Source of the DNA: Sporopachydermia quercuum
Lineage: Eukaryota
Length of the DNA: 64,000 bases
Direction: 5' to 3'
NCBI GenBank assembly: GCA_001599295.1
Contig: BCGN01000007.1
Coordinates: 770,470 to 834,469 of the forward strand
This document shows, piece by piece, positions 34,598 to 45,917 of the stretch (positions are counted from its first letter, which is position 1; each line of letters opens with the position of its first letter). Below the pieces are notes generated by a model. The model was not told where the DNA came from. It worked only from the letters and a program-made list of their open reading frames with translations, and made no database searches. The position numbers and the translations under genes were made by a program.

Positions 34598-36307
34598 CTA
34601 ATTCTTGTTTTTTTCTTCAACAAGCTCCTCAGCATCTTCGGCCCCTTCACTATCACTTTTGGTTGGTGCAATCTTTTCAACATCTCTCACGAAAACCTTT
34701 CGTTTGGTATTGTTACAGAAAAGTGTAACCCAGATATTTGGGTCTTCGTTCTTTTCTTCAAAAATCTGTTCAATATCTTCTAAACTGAAACCGATAGTTT
34801 CAGGGTAAACAAAGTAAACCCACACCAAGATGAATAAGAGAACAAAGACGTAGACCAAGTAATATTTCCAGCCAATCTTATCAATGGCAATAGAATTAAC
34901 AAAATTATTAAAAATGGCAAAGATAGAGTAACCGTTCAATGAAAAAGCAACACCTTTTGCTCTAAGATCAAATGAGAAAATTTCAACAGGATAAGAAGTT
35001 GACATTGGAGTGTAAGCAACATCATAGAAACCAAAGAAAACATATAGGAACGGGATAACAGCAGTAGCAGCTCCATTATTACCATGGATTTGGAATTGAG
35101 CAGTTAAGGCAGTGACTAAAACGAATGAAACAAGCATACCAAAAGTTGAAATGAGGAACAAAGGTCGTCTACCGAATCTGGAAATCGCCCAAGAACCAGC
35201 AAGAGCAAAGAAAATGTTCCATAATTGTAAACAGCCATTGATCAATGTTTGATCAGTGATATCAGTGATACCAATACTATTAAGCATATCAACCAAATAA
35301 TAAGAGATAATTGAATTACCGCAAATGGCTGTGAAGATACCTAGTGAATAGGCAATAACAGATCTATGAATATTAGCTTTGCTTTTGAATAAATCTTTCC
35401 ATGATGATGCATTCGTTTGTTCCATAGAAATACTTTCCTGTAATTCTTTCATTTCAACATCAATGAGGGCGTCATATCTTGGGTCACCACCACCATGGTG
35501 TTTCAGTAAGACGGCACGAGCTTTATCAATTTCACCTCTACCTACTAACCAACGAGGACTTTCAGGAACGAAAAAGAAAATTATCACAAGACCAATTCCT
35601 GGGAAAACGACTTGTAATAANGTTAATAGTCTCCAACTCCAGTTGCCAGTCATATTTCTAATTCCATATGTGATCCAGGCACCGAAGAATGATCCAATAT
35701 AGTAAAAACCTAAGAAAATGGAAGATAAGAAACTTCGGTGAGAAGGATAAGCATTTTCCGTGATTGCAACAACTGCCTCATTACCAGCAACAATACATAA
35801 ACCTTGTAGGATTCTGAAAGCAGTAAACATTCCAACATTTTGAGAAAAAGTTTGAATAATACCGAATACAATAAGTAAGGTACAGAATAAAATAGCAGTC
35901 CATCTTCTACCCAAATGATCACAACATGGTGGTCCAACGAACAAAGCAAGGAAACTACCAAATGCAGAAGCACCAATAATAAAACCTTTATATCCACCAG
36001 TTGGATTTCCAATGAAATCCATGAATGCTGTAAATGCTTGACAGTTGTTCAACAATGAATCAACATATCCATAAGCAGCGGCCAACATGCAAAGTCCTAA
36101 AATTCCAAAATTCAATTTGGCGAGATGAGGTAGCTTATACCATGGCTTAGTATCTAATGGAATAACTGCTGCAATAGCACTTCCAAGAGTCTTTTCGTAT
36201 TCCTTGTATTTTTGAAACTGTTTCTCGGTCAAATTTCCAGGAAATTCTCTTGAAGTTGAAGCACTTGTAGCTACTTCATAGACTTCAGCATTTACTTCCT
36301 CCTTCAT
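34598..36307 (-). CDS. Sugar-porter MFS, Lac12/cellodextrin-transporter-like (beta-glycoside permease)
   Basis: KPWYKLPHL.KLN, DHLGRR, E.AYP.HR, WSWR, PESPRWLV, GNSIISYYL, FGRRPLF, YTPM...YPVEI...LRAKG, IGWKYY and YPET.G.SLE. Divergent from a GH3 gene. Confidence 0.85.
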   Translation of the reverse strand: MKEEVNAEVYEVATSASTSREFPGNLTEKQFQKYKEYEKTLGSAIAAVIPLDTKPWYKLPHLAKLNFGILGLCMLAAAYGYVDSLLNNCQAFTAFMDFIGNPTGGYKGFIIGASAFGSFLALFVGPPCCDHLGRRWTAILFCTLLIVFGIIQTFSQNVGMFTAFRILQGLCIVAGNEAVVAITENAYPSHRSFLSSIFLGFYYIGSFFGAWITYGIRNMTGNWSWRLLXLLQVVFPGIGLVIIFFFVPESPRWLVGRGEIDKARAVLLKHHGGGDPRYDALIDVEMKELQESISMEQTNASSWKDLFKSKANIHRSVIAYSLGIFTAICGNSIISYYLVDMLNSIGITDITDQTLINGCLQLWNIFFALAGSWAISRFGRRPLFLISTFGMLVSFVLVTALTAQFQIHGNNGAATAVIPFLYVFFGFYDVAYTPMSTSYPVEIFSFDLRAKGVAFSLNGYSIFAIFNNFVNSIAIDKIGWKYYLVYVFVLLFILVWVYFVYPETIGFSLEDIEQIFEEKNEDPNIWVTLFCNNTKRKVFVRDVEKIAPTKSDSEGAEDAEELVEEKNKN

Positions 36308-38613
36308 TTTAGTAACCGTAATGTGTGATATATTAAAGCAACTCTCTTCAAAAAGCAGAGTAAATTAAAGATAGTTGATGTAGGAATGTAAGAAAGCCTT
36401 GATTAGTAAAGATATAAGCCGAACAATGAAATAAGTACCAACTCAGAGGAAGCAAATAAACAGGCTACCCGAGTATTTATATCTTGATGAGATTGACCAC
36501 TTGGGAGATGTTTAATGTCAGGTTTCAGAAATTATCTCTCGATATAAGTTTTCTAAACCTATCACTAGTTTGACTAATTAATGCTTTCCTCTTTATCAAA
36601 TGAACTGGTTTTGATTCTTTAGCAGGAAGTTTTACGTTATCTTTAAAAGCTGAATGGAAATCGTTCAAATCTCCAACATAGTTTCAGTAAGATAGTGAAT
36701 GATAAGATCTATCAATTCTGTAAATCAATCTTGGCCCAAAANAAACAACTGGTAATTATAACCAATTGAAGAAAACATTCAGATGACTTGAGGGAATCTT
36801 ACGAAAAGACTTAATCAAAAGAAAAGAAGATTCAACAATTTAAATCAAACATAAAGGAACTTTTCTAGTCGAGTTTTATAAAAGCAGTAAGGGAAAGAAG
36901 ACATTTTGTTAGTTGGATAGAAATCGGTTGATTAGATATAACCTTGAAAAAATAAGCTTCGCGTTTGGCGTAACTTTATTTAAATCGAATTTTGAACCCT
37001 ATTAAGGTTCAAGAGTCAAAAGTTACACAACAGCTCAATTGGGAAAGAGGTTTAACAATCTTTAATTGACAGTGCTATTTTCCTCTCCGTTTTCTCTTTT
37101 CCCGTTATTTAAAAGGGCAAGATAGATCAGAAGATGATTTAATACCGTAAATGCTAACTGGGGTATCAAAGCTTCCTTGTTATAGAGTTGAAATGTCACA
37201 TTGCTTCTAACGCCTTCCCGTATTTTTATCCTGTAATTCATTGTAATGGATAATGGAGACTCACATTGAGCTGACAGNTAATACATCTTTGATTTATAGT
37301 TTGTGAATAATTAAAGTTTAACTGAAAACTCTATATAGCACAGTAATTATCACTTAGGTTTCAGCCAAATAACCAAGACCCAGCAAACCGGAACTGATCC
37401 CAATTTGAAGTCTTGATCTCTTGCTCCACTGTTGTGCTAAAAGCTTATGTAGATATTTCTGCTACCAGGAAGGATTATAAGCTTTTGTAACCGTACTTCT
37501 TTCTATAATATATTTTTTGGAACATCAATCTCTGATAAGTTAACAGGATCGTAAAATAAAAGATGGACTANGAACTAGGAACCTGACGAAGAAATTAGTA
37601 AATCAAGTGATTAATCTTAGCTCGCAATTAAATGGAATAGTTCCAACTAAAAATACATAGGGTTTTATGTAAATCCATAAGAGGAAGGAGATAGGTAGCG
37701 ATTTGAAAATGTTACAGTTTCAACAATCTATCTATCAAATTCAAACTTAGAGTTTCTCCATTCTTATGAGTGTGCGTAGAGGTCTCCAACTCCCTGTTGT
37801 GACTGTATTTGAGCATGTCAGAACAATTTTTTCTCTCTGACAATAAACAAAAACTAGAAAACAACAGTTAAAAAAACATTTAAGGACGTAGAGAAGCAAT
37901 ATCATGTTTTATTCGCTAAAATCTTCCCCTTTCCTGGGAAAATTGTTAGTTTTACCATTTTAAAGGTGAGGTTCTCAAATTGTAGACTTTGAAAACCAAC
38001 NGTTAAGGTTTGGCTAATATTTCATATTAGGAAAGCCATTGGTCACTATTTTATGGCAACCGGAATAAAGTATCAACGGTTTTATGGTTAGTTCAAGCAT
38101 AGTTTTCGAATAGCTTATCTTAGCTGCCAGGCACAAGATAATAGATTGTAGAAGCACCGAACTAGGACAATCAAATATTTCCCTTTTCCTCAATTCTCAT
38201 CATTCGTTTTAAGCTTTCATCACTGCAGTAGATGGGTTTCTTTTTTTTTAGTAAATTTGGGGATCATTGCTTTCCTTAAATGTCTAAGAACTCCCCAAGT
38301 GGATATAGAAATAGACATATTACTTTGCCATGCTTGATGCCTATTGAAGTGGATTTGTATTGACTTACTTAGCTTCCTTCTAGTTAAAGGAGGGTCAAGG
38401 TTTTGGGTTCTTTTATTCACTGGGATTGTTTCTAACATTTTACTAAGACTTTTGGATTATATATAGTTGTCACTCAGACGCGGAACTATCTCTATCTCAT
38501 CCTTTGTCAGGTTTCATTCCGTTGTGAAATCCAAAGCTCAAATAGTATTGCGAATTAGTAGCGTTTACCAAATATCCTACAATATCAACCTACTAATAAA
38601 GAATCGGTGAAAA

Positions 38614-41112
38614 ATGGTCGAATTAACTCCAGAAGAAATTGTCAAGCAGTTGACACTTCAAGAGAAAATCCAATTGTCAGCTGGTAAAGATTGGTGGCAT
38701 ACCTACCCAGTCCCAAGACTTGGTGTTCCATCTATTAGATTATCTGATGGTCCTAATGGTGTCAGAGGCACTCAATTCTTTGATTCTGTGAGATCTGCTT
38801 GTTTTCCCTGTTCAACAAGTTTAGGCGCTTCTTTTGATAAAGAGTTCTCCTTTAAAGCCGGTGAATTGATGGCTAAAGAAGCCAAAGCAAAGGGTGTTCA
38901 CGTCATTCTTGGCCCTACTCTTAATATCGTCAGAAACCCTCTAGGGGGTAGAGGTTTTGAATGTTTCTCAGAAGACCCAACTCTTACCGGCATCCTTGGT
39001 GGAGAAATAATCAGAGGTATGCAAAAGCATGGAATTGCTGCCTGTGTAAAGCATTATATATGCAATGAAATTGAAAATCATAGATTATCATCAAACTCAA
39101 TTTTGACTGAAAGGGCTTTAAGAGAGGTTTATATTCGTGCTTTTGAAGTAGCTATCAAAATCGGTGATCCTAAAACTCTTATGACTTCCTACAACAAAAT
39201 GAATGGTATTCATTGCTCTCAAGATAAAAGATTAATCAATATAGCAAGAAAAGAATTAGGTTTTAATGGTGCCATTATGTCTGACTGGGGTGGAACTTTT
39301 TCTGTTGAACAAGCCTATGATGCTGGTCTTGACATAGAAATGCCAGGATCTCCCAGATTCAGAAAAGTTGATGTTGTAGAGCATTTATATTCATCTCATG
39401 AAACTAATGAAGAGTTGATTGAGGAAGCTGCTTTGAACGTTTTGAAGCTTGTTGAATATGCAAAGAAGAATTCTGGAGTACCTGAAGATGCCCCAGAGAC
39501 AACAGATAACAACACTCCTGAAACATCAGCTAAGTTACGAGAACTAACAGCCAGTGGAATTGTTTTACTAAAGAATGAGAATAATTTATTACCTTTCAGC
39601 AAGAAAGACAAATTGGCTATCATTGGACCAAATTCTAATTACATTACAACTTCGGGTGGTGGTTCTGCTGCGTTGAGACCTTATTATAATGTTACACCCA
39701 TTCAAGCTTTTACTGAGGTACTAGAGAACGCTCCTTTATCTCATAAAGGTTGTTATAATCATAAGAAAATCCCAGAAACTCTTTTAATCAATCCGGAAAC
39801 CGGCAAGCCTGGAGCTTCAATGAAAATCTTCTTAGAATCTCATTCTTCTGCTTCCAGAACGTTGGTTGACCAAAGAGTTCTTGACTCAACTCATTTTAGT
39901 ATGTATGATTACTATCATGAAAAGATATCTGATTTTAAGTTCTATGCTGATATTGAAGGCTATTTTGTACCAGAATCTACCGGTACATATGAATTTGGTA
40001 TTGGCAATTTTGGTGCTGCTAATTTGTTCATTAACAATGAAATGATTATTAAAAATGATGATAATGAAAATCCTTTCAGTGCCTTATTGACAGAAGATTA
40101 CCCCGAGAGACATGCTCAAGTAGATCTCGTGAAAGGTGAAAAATACTTGGTGAAAGTTGAATTTGCATCTGCTCAAACATTAGAGATACCACCTTCTAAA
40201 GAAGCTGGTGGTGGTGCTGTTAATTTTGGTTGTTTCCAAGTGGTTGATCCAATTGATATGATCAATGAAGCTTGTGATGTCGCCAAGAGTGCTGAGAAAG
40301 TTGTTCTTGTTATAGGATTGAATAAAGATTGGGAATCTGAGGGTTATGATAGAAAGGATATGAAATTACCTGGCTATACTGACAAACTTGTTGAAGAAGT
40401 ATTGAAAGCCAATAGCAATACCGTTATTGTTAACCAATCCGGTACTCCTGTTGAAATGCCATGGATTAAAGAAGCTCCTGCTGTTCTACAAACTTGGTTT
40501 GGGGGATTAGAAGGTAATAGAGCTATTACTGATGTCATATTTGGTGAAGTCAATCCTTCTGGTAAATTACCTGTGACATTTCCTCTTAAAACTGAAGATA
40601 ACGCCAGTTATCTTACGTTCCATACTGATGGAGGTAATGTTATTTATGGTGAAGATATTTTCGTTGGATATAAATATTTCGATGGTCATAAGAAAGAAGT
40701 GTTATTCCCGTTTGGCTATGGTTTGTCTTACAGTAGTTTTGCTGTTTCTAACTTGAAGATTGCTGATAAAGGAGAAACTGTCCATCTTACTGTTGACGTT
40801 GAAAACACTAGTGATGTTGATGGTGCTGAAGTTGTTCAAGTTTATATTTCTGCACCTGAAGTTGAAGATGTTCCTAGACCTGTTAAACAACTGGTTGATT
40901 TTAACAAGGTTGCTGTTAAGAGCAAGGAAAAAAAGGTAGTTACATTTGCTATTGATAAACAAGACTCTACAAAATATTGGGATGGTTGGACCAATTCCTG
41001 GTGTAGTCTTGAAGGGGAATACAAGCTATTGGTTGGAACTTCAAGTCAGGATCTTGAACTAGAAGCTGTTTTCAAACTGGACGAAACTTTGCGTTTTTAT
41101 AGCCCCAAGTAA
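38614..41112 (+). CDS. Intracellular GH3 beta-glucosidase with PA14-type insert and C-terminal FnIII-like domain
   Basis: SDGPNGVRG, RNPLGGRGFECFSEDP, CVKHY, MTSYNK, MSDWGG (nucleophile Asp), IVLLKN, WESEGYDR (acid/base Glu), PSGKLPVTFP, YGEDIFVGYKY and FPFGYGLSY. No signal peptide. Confidence 0.95.
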   Translation: MVELTPEEIVKQLTLQEKIQLSAGKDWWHTYPVPRLGVPSIRLSDGPNGVRGTQFFDSVRSACFPCSTSLGASFDKEFSFKAGELMAKEAKAKGVHVILGPTLNIVRNPLGGRGFECFSEDPTLTGILGGEIIRGMQKHGIAACVKHYICNEIENHRLSSNSILTERALREVYIRAFEVAIKIGDPKTLMTSYNKMNGIHCSQDKRLINIARKELGFNGAIMSDWGGTFSVEQAYDAGLDIEMPGSPRFRKVDVVEHLYSSHETNEELIEEAALNVLKLVEYAKKNSGVPEDAPETTDNNTPETSAKLRELTASGIVLLKNENNLLPFSKKDKLAIIGPNSNYITTSGGGSAALRPYYNVTPIQAFTEVLENAPLSHKGCYNHKKIPETLLINPETGKPGASMKIFLESHSSASRTLVDQRVLDSTHFSMYDYYHEKISDFKFYADIEGYFVPESTGTYEFGIGNFGAANLFINNEMIIKNDDNENPFSALLTEDYPERHAQVDLVKGEKYLVKVEFASAQTLEIPPSKEAGGGAVNFGCFQVVDPIDMINEACDVAKSAEKVVLVIGLNKDWESEGYDRKDMKLPGYTDKLVEEVLKANSNTVIVNQSGTPVEMPWIKEAPAVLQTWFGGLEGNRAITDVIFGEVNPSGKLPVTFPLKTEDNASYLTFHTDGGNVIYGEDIFVGYKYFDGHKKEVLFPFGYGLSYSSFAVSNLKIADKGETVHLTVDVENTSDVDGAEVVQVYISAPEVEDVPRPVKQLVDFNKVAVKSKEKKVVTFAIDKQDSTKYWDGWTNSWCSLEGEYKLLVGTSSQDLELEAVFKLDETLRFYSPK

Positions 41113-41722
41113 AAGGCGATGGGATAAATAGATATACACCTTGGTGACGTACTAAGTTAGAGATCAGTTTGGACAATAGTACTATAATATGTTATATCTT
41201 CAAAGCTCCATAGTAGGAAGTAATATTTTGACAGAAAATTAGTTCAAGTTGTATTTCAAGTAGTATCGCAGATCTGTAATTAGGAGCTTCTTATTCATGA
41301 TGAGAGCAAAATGAGATTCAGCTGAAACAGTGTAATGCTTTAGTAGGTTTAAACTGTTTATAATAAGTCAACTGATTCCACTACAACTCGGTATCAAATA
41401 ACTTTCGGTAGTTTGGTTCATTATAGAACTTTTCGGCAAGCACAGCTACTATTGATGTTCTTCATGAGGTTGATGCATTGCGTTCACAGACGATAGATAG
41501 AAATATGCTCAGTTAATCGTGTGATTCGTTCATTTGAATTATTATACTGATAGTTCAATTAGGATTACCATTTTTAATTTATTTCTGTCGTTACATTTGA
41601 CTGTATTATTTATATATTAGGAAAGAAAGTTCATCACTGAGACATTTTAGTTAACCATTCATTACATATTTTTACTCTAATTTGTATCTTCCTCTTACTA
41701 GCTTTTAGTTTCTTACCTGTCA

Positions 41723-43632
41723 CTATAGGACACCAATCTCATAACCAAGCTCTGAATATCTTCTGCTCACTAACTCTTGCATACTCTCGCCATTTTTCCT
41801 GCATTCTCGACAAACATAAACAACTAAAATAATATTAGCACATTTACAATTATCAAAAATTCTTGAGGCCACTTTATCAAATTCTCTTCCATTGTTAACC
41901 AATTCTCCATCATCTTCTGAATTTCTTGCTCTTGAACTGAACACCGAGAAAGCCCAAAGCGGTTGGAGAGAAACAGCGGTCCAATAATGAATTTGCGACA
42001 TCAGGGATAAATATTGAATAGATAGCTTTTCAAATATTAGTTGATAATTATTTGGTTTAACAACCATACAAGTTTCTGCCATAGCAGCAATTGACCATAT
42101 TTTAGCGACTGTCAATCTAAATAAATAATTTTGATTGGCTCCAAAATCATTGTTAGCAGTCGTTTGCAGGTCATTCAAATCATCAGGAAGAAAAGAATCA
42201 TAATCAATCAGTTTACTCTTCATTCTATTGAAATAATTATCTCTCTCAGTAATTGACTCAAAATTAAAGCCATTTCTTTTGATTTCAAATTTTAATAATG
42301 CCAAATCATAAATACAGGAGAGAACTTGAACAGGACAGCCAACTACTTTCAACTGCTTGATTTGATCTTCTCCGTTTAGTTGGATATCCTTCTTACGACA
42401 ATATGGCTTTCTATATGAAGACGAAGAAACTGCCAATATAATATCTGTATAATAAATTTGTTGAGTGAAATAAATTATATGCGGAATATTATAGTTTTTA
42501 TCCAACCTTTGAGACGTCAGAACCATTAGCTTCATGAACGGATTGATGAAAATATTCAATGGACCTCTGAATAAACAGAATAGTAAGTTCATGTAAAGGA
42601 ATATAAGTAGCAGAAACAGCTTTGAAGATTTCTTTGGGTTAGGTGACCGGGTTGACCTAGGGCTTGAAGTAGGCGTAGTTTCTTTTCCACCATTTGAGCT
42701 AGAAACCAACAGCTCGTTAATAGGACTATTCGAGTCCTTTTTGCTTTTGGTACTTTCATTTCTGTCTTCGACATCTCTTGACTCTTGTTCTTCTTGCTCG
42801 TCTTCACCCTCATGTTCTTCTACTTCTAGTCTATCTAGAAAGGATATAGCTTTACTCATAATTAATGAAACTTCATTTTCAGATTCGACGTGGAAAAATT
42901 GGGATAAATCATCACCAAATATATCCAATATTTTGGAGTTCATTAGCTCAAATTTTTTGTTTGCTAGTTCCTTGTATTCTGATTGCCATTGATGATTGTA
43001 AATATGCACTGCTGACAAAGCAATACACCAATTATTAAGTAATTCTTCATCACATAGCTTCATTCCCAACTCGTACCACGCATTTGAAGGCTCATTATCA
43101 ATCACCTTGATGATTGAATTGTAGAAATAAGCTACCAACCCTTGATCTGTTTTTACTAGATCCGGCGAAACCGCATTGAAATCTGTAAACAAATCCTTAT
43201 CTCTTTGCTGAAGTATCGTATCAAAAATACCAACTTCATTCTGCTTCCTTAAAAAGAACCCTTCAAAGGACTCTTTCCGTCGTTTCCATGAATTACTCAG
43301 TCTTTTAGGAATCCCTCTATATCCAACTTTCAGCTCTCCTTTTTCACTGAAGCTAATGAATTGCTTTGGATTATTAGAATCAGTATCAAATACCAATCTT
43401 GTATCATAACCTTCACATTTTCTACCCGATGAAACACATTGAGAGCAAGCGGGCTTCACACCATCACATTTCTTCTTCCTGGAAAGTTGTACGTTAGGAG
43501 TCAGAAGACACCAGCTATGGTGGTAATCAGCTAAAACCACAATATACACTCAAATGATTTTATCACATGAGGAAACTAAAATAAAACATACCTGGCTCTA
43601 CATGTCCAACACCTTAATGATTTCCTGCCCAT
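41723..43632 (-). CDS. Zn(II)2Cys6 transcription factor (2 exons)
   Basis: Exon 1 is 43632-43592 and the intron 43591-43479 (GTATGT...CCTAAC...CAG). The spliced N-terminus MGRKSLRCWTCRARKKKCDGVKPACSQCVSSGRKCEGY has all six Cys. A divergent fungal TF domain follows (ALSAVH, YTDII, VGCP, QPLWA). Confidence 0.88.
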
Positions 43633-45917
43633 TGTGAACGATGTATGTAATGAAAGATCTGTTAGGGATGTACAGCATCAAGAATTAGGTGGATGTAACA
43701 ATGAGCAGTTTGTTAACTTCGATGATATGAGAAACTGAGGGGAAACGAATAACTGGCAGCAAGCTGAAAATTGGTAAACAACCATTAAATTTGTTCTGCC
43801 AACATTTGACATTGACGTTAACAATTAGGGCTTTCAAAGGGCTCTCAATCTGGTTAGATCAATATCAATTGTGATAGTACATTTTGTTAGTAATCAATGC
43901 TTGATGACTTATAGAAGTGATTCAGACAAGTGATACCTTTCTGATAGACCAGAAAAAGTTAAAGAAAACGAGTTTGGTTAATTATTTCCCGATGCAGAAC
44001 AAGAGATTATGCTTAAAATTTTAAGTTTGAACCTAAATGAAGTTTGGAGCAACTTAATATTGGACTGATTCTATTTTTCAGTTTTTGTCTTGTTATTTTT
44101 TCTTTAAACAAAACAGAAGTTTCAGAAAATGGATAAAATTCTAGTAATCGGATATTTCTATCAAAATATGCTCGATTCACTTTACCTTTACGTATATTTT
44201 TCTTCTTCTGATAATGTGAGGCTAACTGAAGTTAGGTAAGGTAACTTAACGACTCCATCAAAAGAGGCTCACTTTCACATAATCGCAGTTTTCCGGAAAT
44301 AATAAGCCAGTTTCTTTTCCGCTTTTTCGTTTTTATTCCTTCTTCGGATCTTCTCTTATTATTTCTCGTCTTTTGATCATTCATTAGTCTTATCTATTTA
44401 TTATTATGGAACTCTATTAATACTTATCTTTTATCCATAAACGAAGAAAATATTCGAATGGAAGTTCTGAGGTTTGATTCGTACTTTAGATTTGGTTGCA
44501 TTTTTGGAGGAATTATAACTAAGTCTGTTGTAAGGGATCCTGTGATTATAGTGATTGATTTCAATATGCCCAGAGCTATCAAAGGTAAGCCTCATCGTAC
44601 TGCATGATTGGTTGGATACAATGTATTGGAATGTCAGATGCACTCCAATTTGGGTGGGATATTACCTCTTAGATGTATCTAGAGGAAAGGATATATGATT
44701 TGCTGTCTGTCCTGAGCTCTGTCTTGAGCTCCTGTCGGCTCTATCATCACTATAGAGCCATTCGAACTATTTTCATGTTCTGTTTATATTTCTTCAATTT
44801 GCATTAATCTGACATTTATATTTTCTAGGCGTTTTGATTGAATGGTAAGCCTATTAGAATTATCTTGTATGAATAACATATAATGCTCATCAAATGGTCA
44901 TCAGGTCTATTTCCATGCAATTTACTGCGGTCGTTGTTTTTCCTTTTACATTCTAACATCTGAAAGTGATCCTTCAATCAAAGCTTTGATTGTCAAAATC
45001 GATGCAGACAAGAACATGCATGATATCATAATCGAAGTATGTATTTTCATAAATACCTTTCGTTGGAAAATCCTGCCGTGTTTCGCGAGGTCTATAAGAA
45101 TGAAAGAATATTCTTTCCTTAGTTTTACTGACAAACATAGGATTTGGATGACACACATCTACTAATTGATAGCTCAAAAGTCGATAAAGTGAAGTTTGAA
45201 TTAGATAGGCTATTAGCTGAGAACACATATAATCCACTAGATGACGAGCAAGAGGTGTGAATTCAAAAACCAACAAAGAAACAGGACAATGACGCGGTAA
45301 TCGTTATGAATAAGAGCGTTGTTGCTTTGCGCTCTTATGAAGCACAGGATATAGGACCGAGCTGTTTAAATTGCAAGTTGTGAACTATTCATGAAACAGA
45401 AATTATAGAGAGAAATATTCAGCATTAGCTACCCCCATTTCCACTTGGTCTTGTCAAGATTCTGGAAATTAGTACCGAATATATGATGCGAGGTGCTTGT
45501 TGCTTGTTAGAATCTCTATACATTATCTCATACATGCTGCTTCGTGGAAAGTACGTTGTGGTCTAACATAGTTTAACATACCAAGAGTTGATGGTTTCAA
45601 TGTTTGTTCGATCATTATTTTGTCATTACAGGACATACTGATATGAAAACAAGAGCATAGCAGAACAATCACCAAGAAAATGTCTTTGGATCTGGACACT
45701 TTCAATAATGAAAGCTGTAAATTCATTCGTTATTGATCTCATGTCTAACTGATTTCAATAATGAATACTGATTATTAGATAACCATGGAAGTAGTTACGT
45801 TGATGACTGAGTTTATAATTTAATGATTACTGATTCGTTGCTCTTACGGTCACTCACTCAGGTATCTAATACACTATATGAAGTATATCTAAGGATCTTC
45901 ATTATCGATCTACATAT

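Noticed and set aside
45795..45860. TGATGA/CTGA boxes as a C/D snoRNA
   Set aside because: The boxes are too closely spaced, with no terminal stem or recognisable rRNA guide. The site lies in the COG3 3' region.
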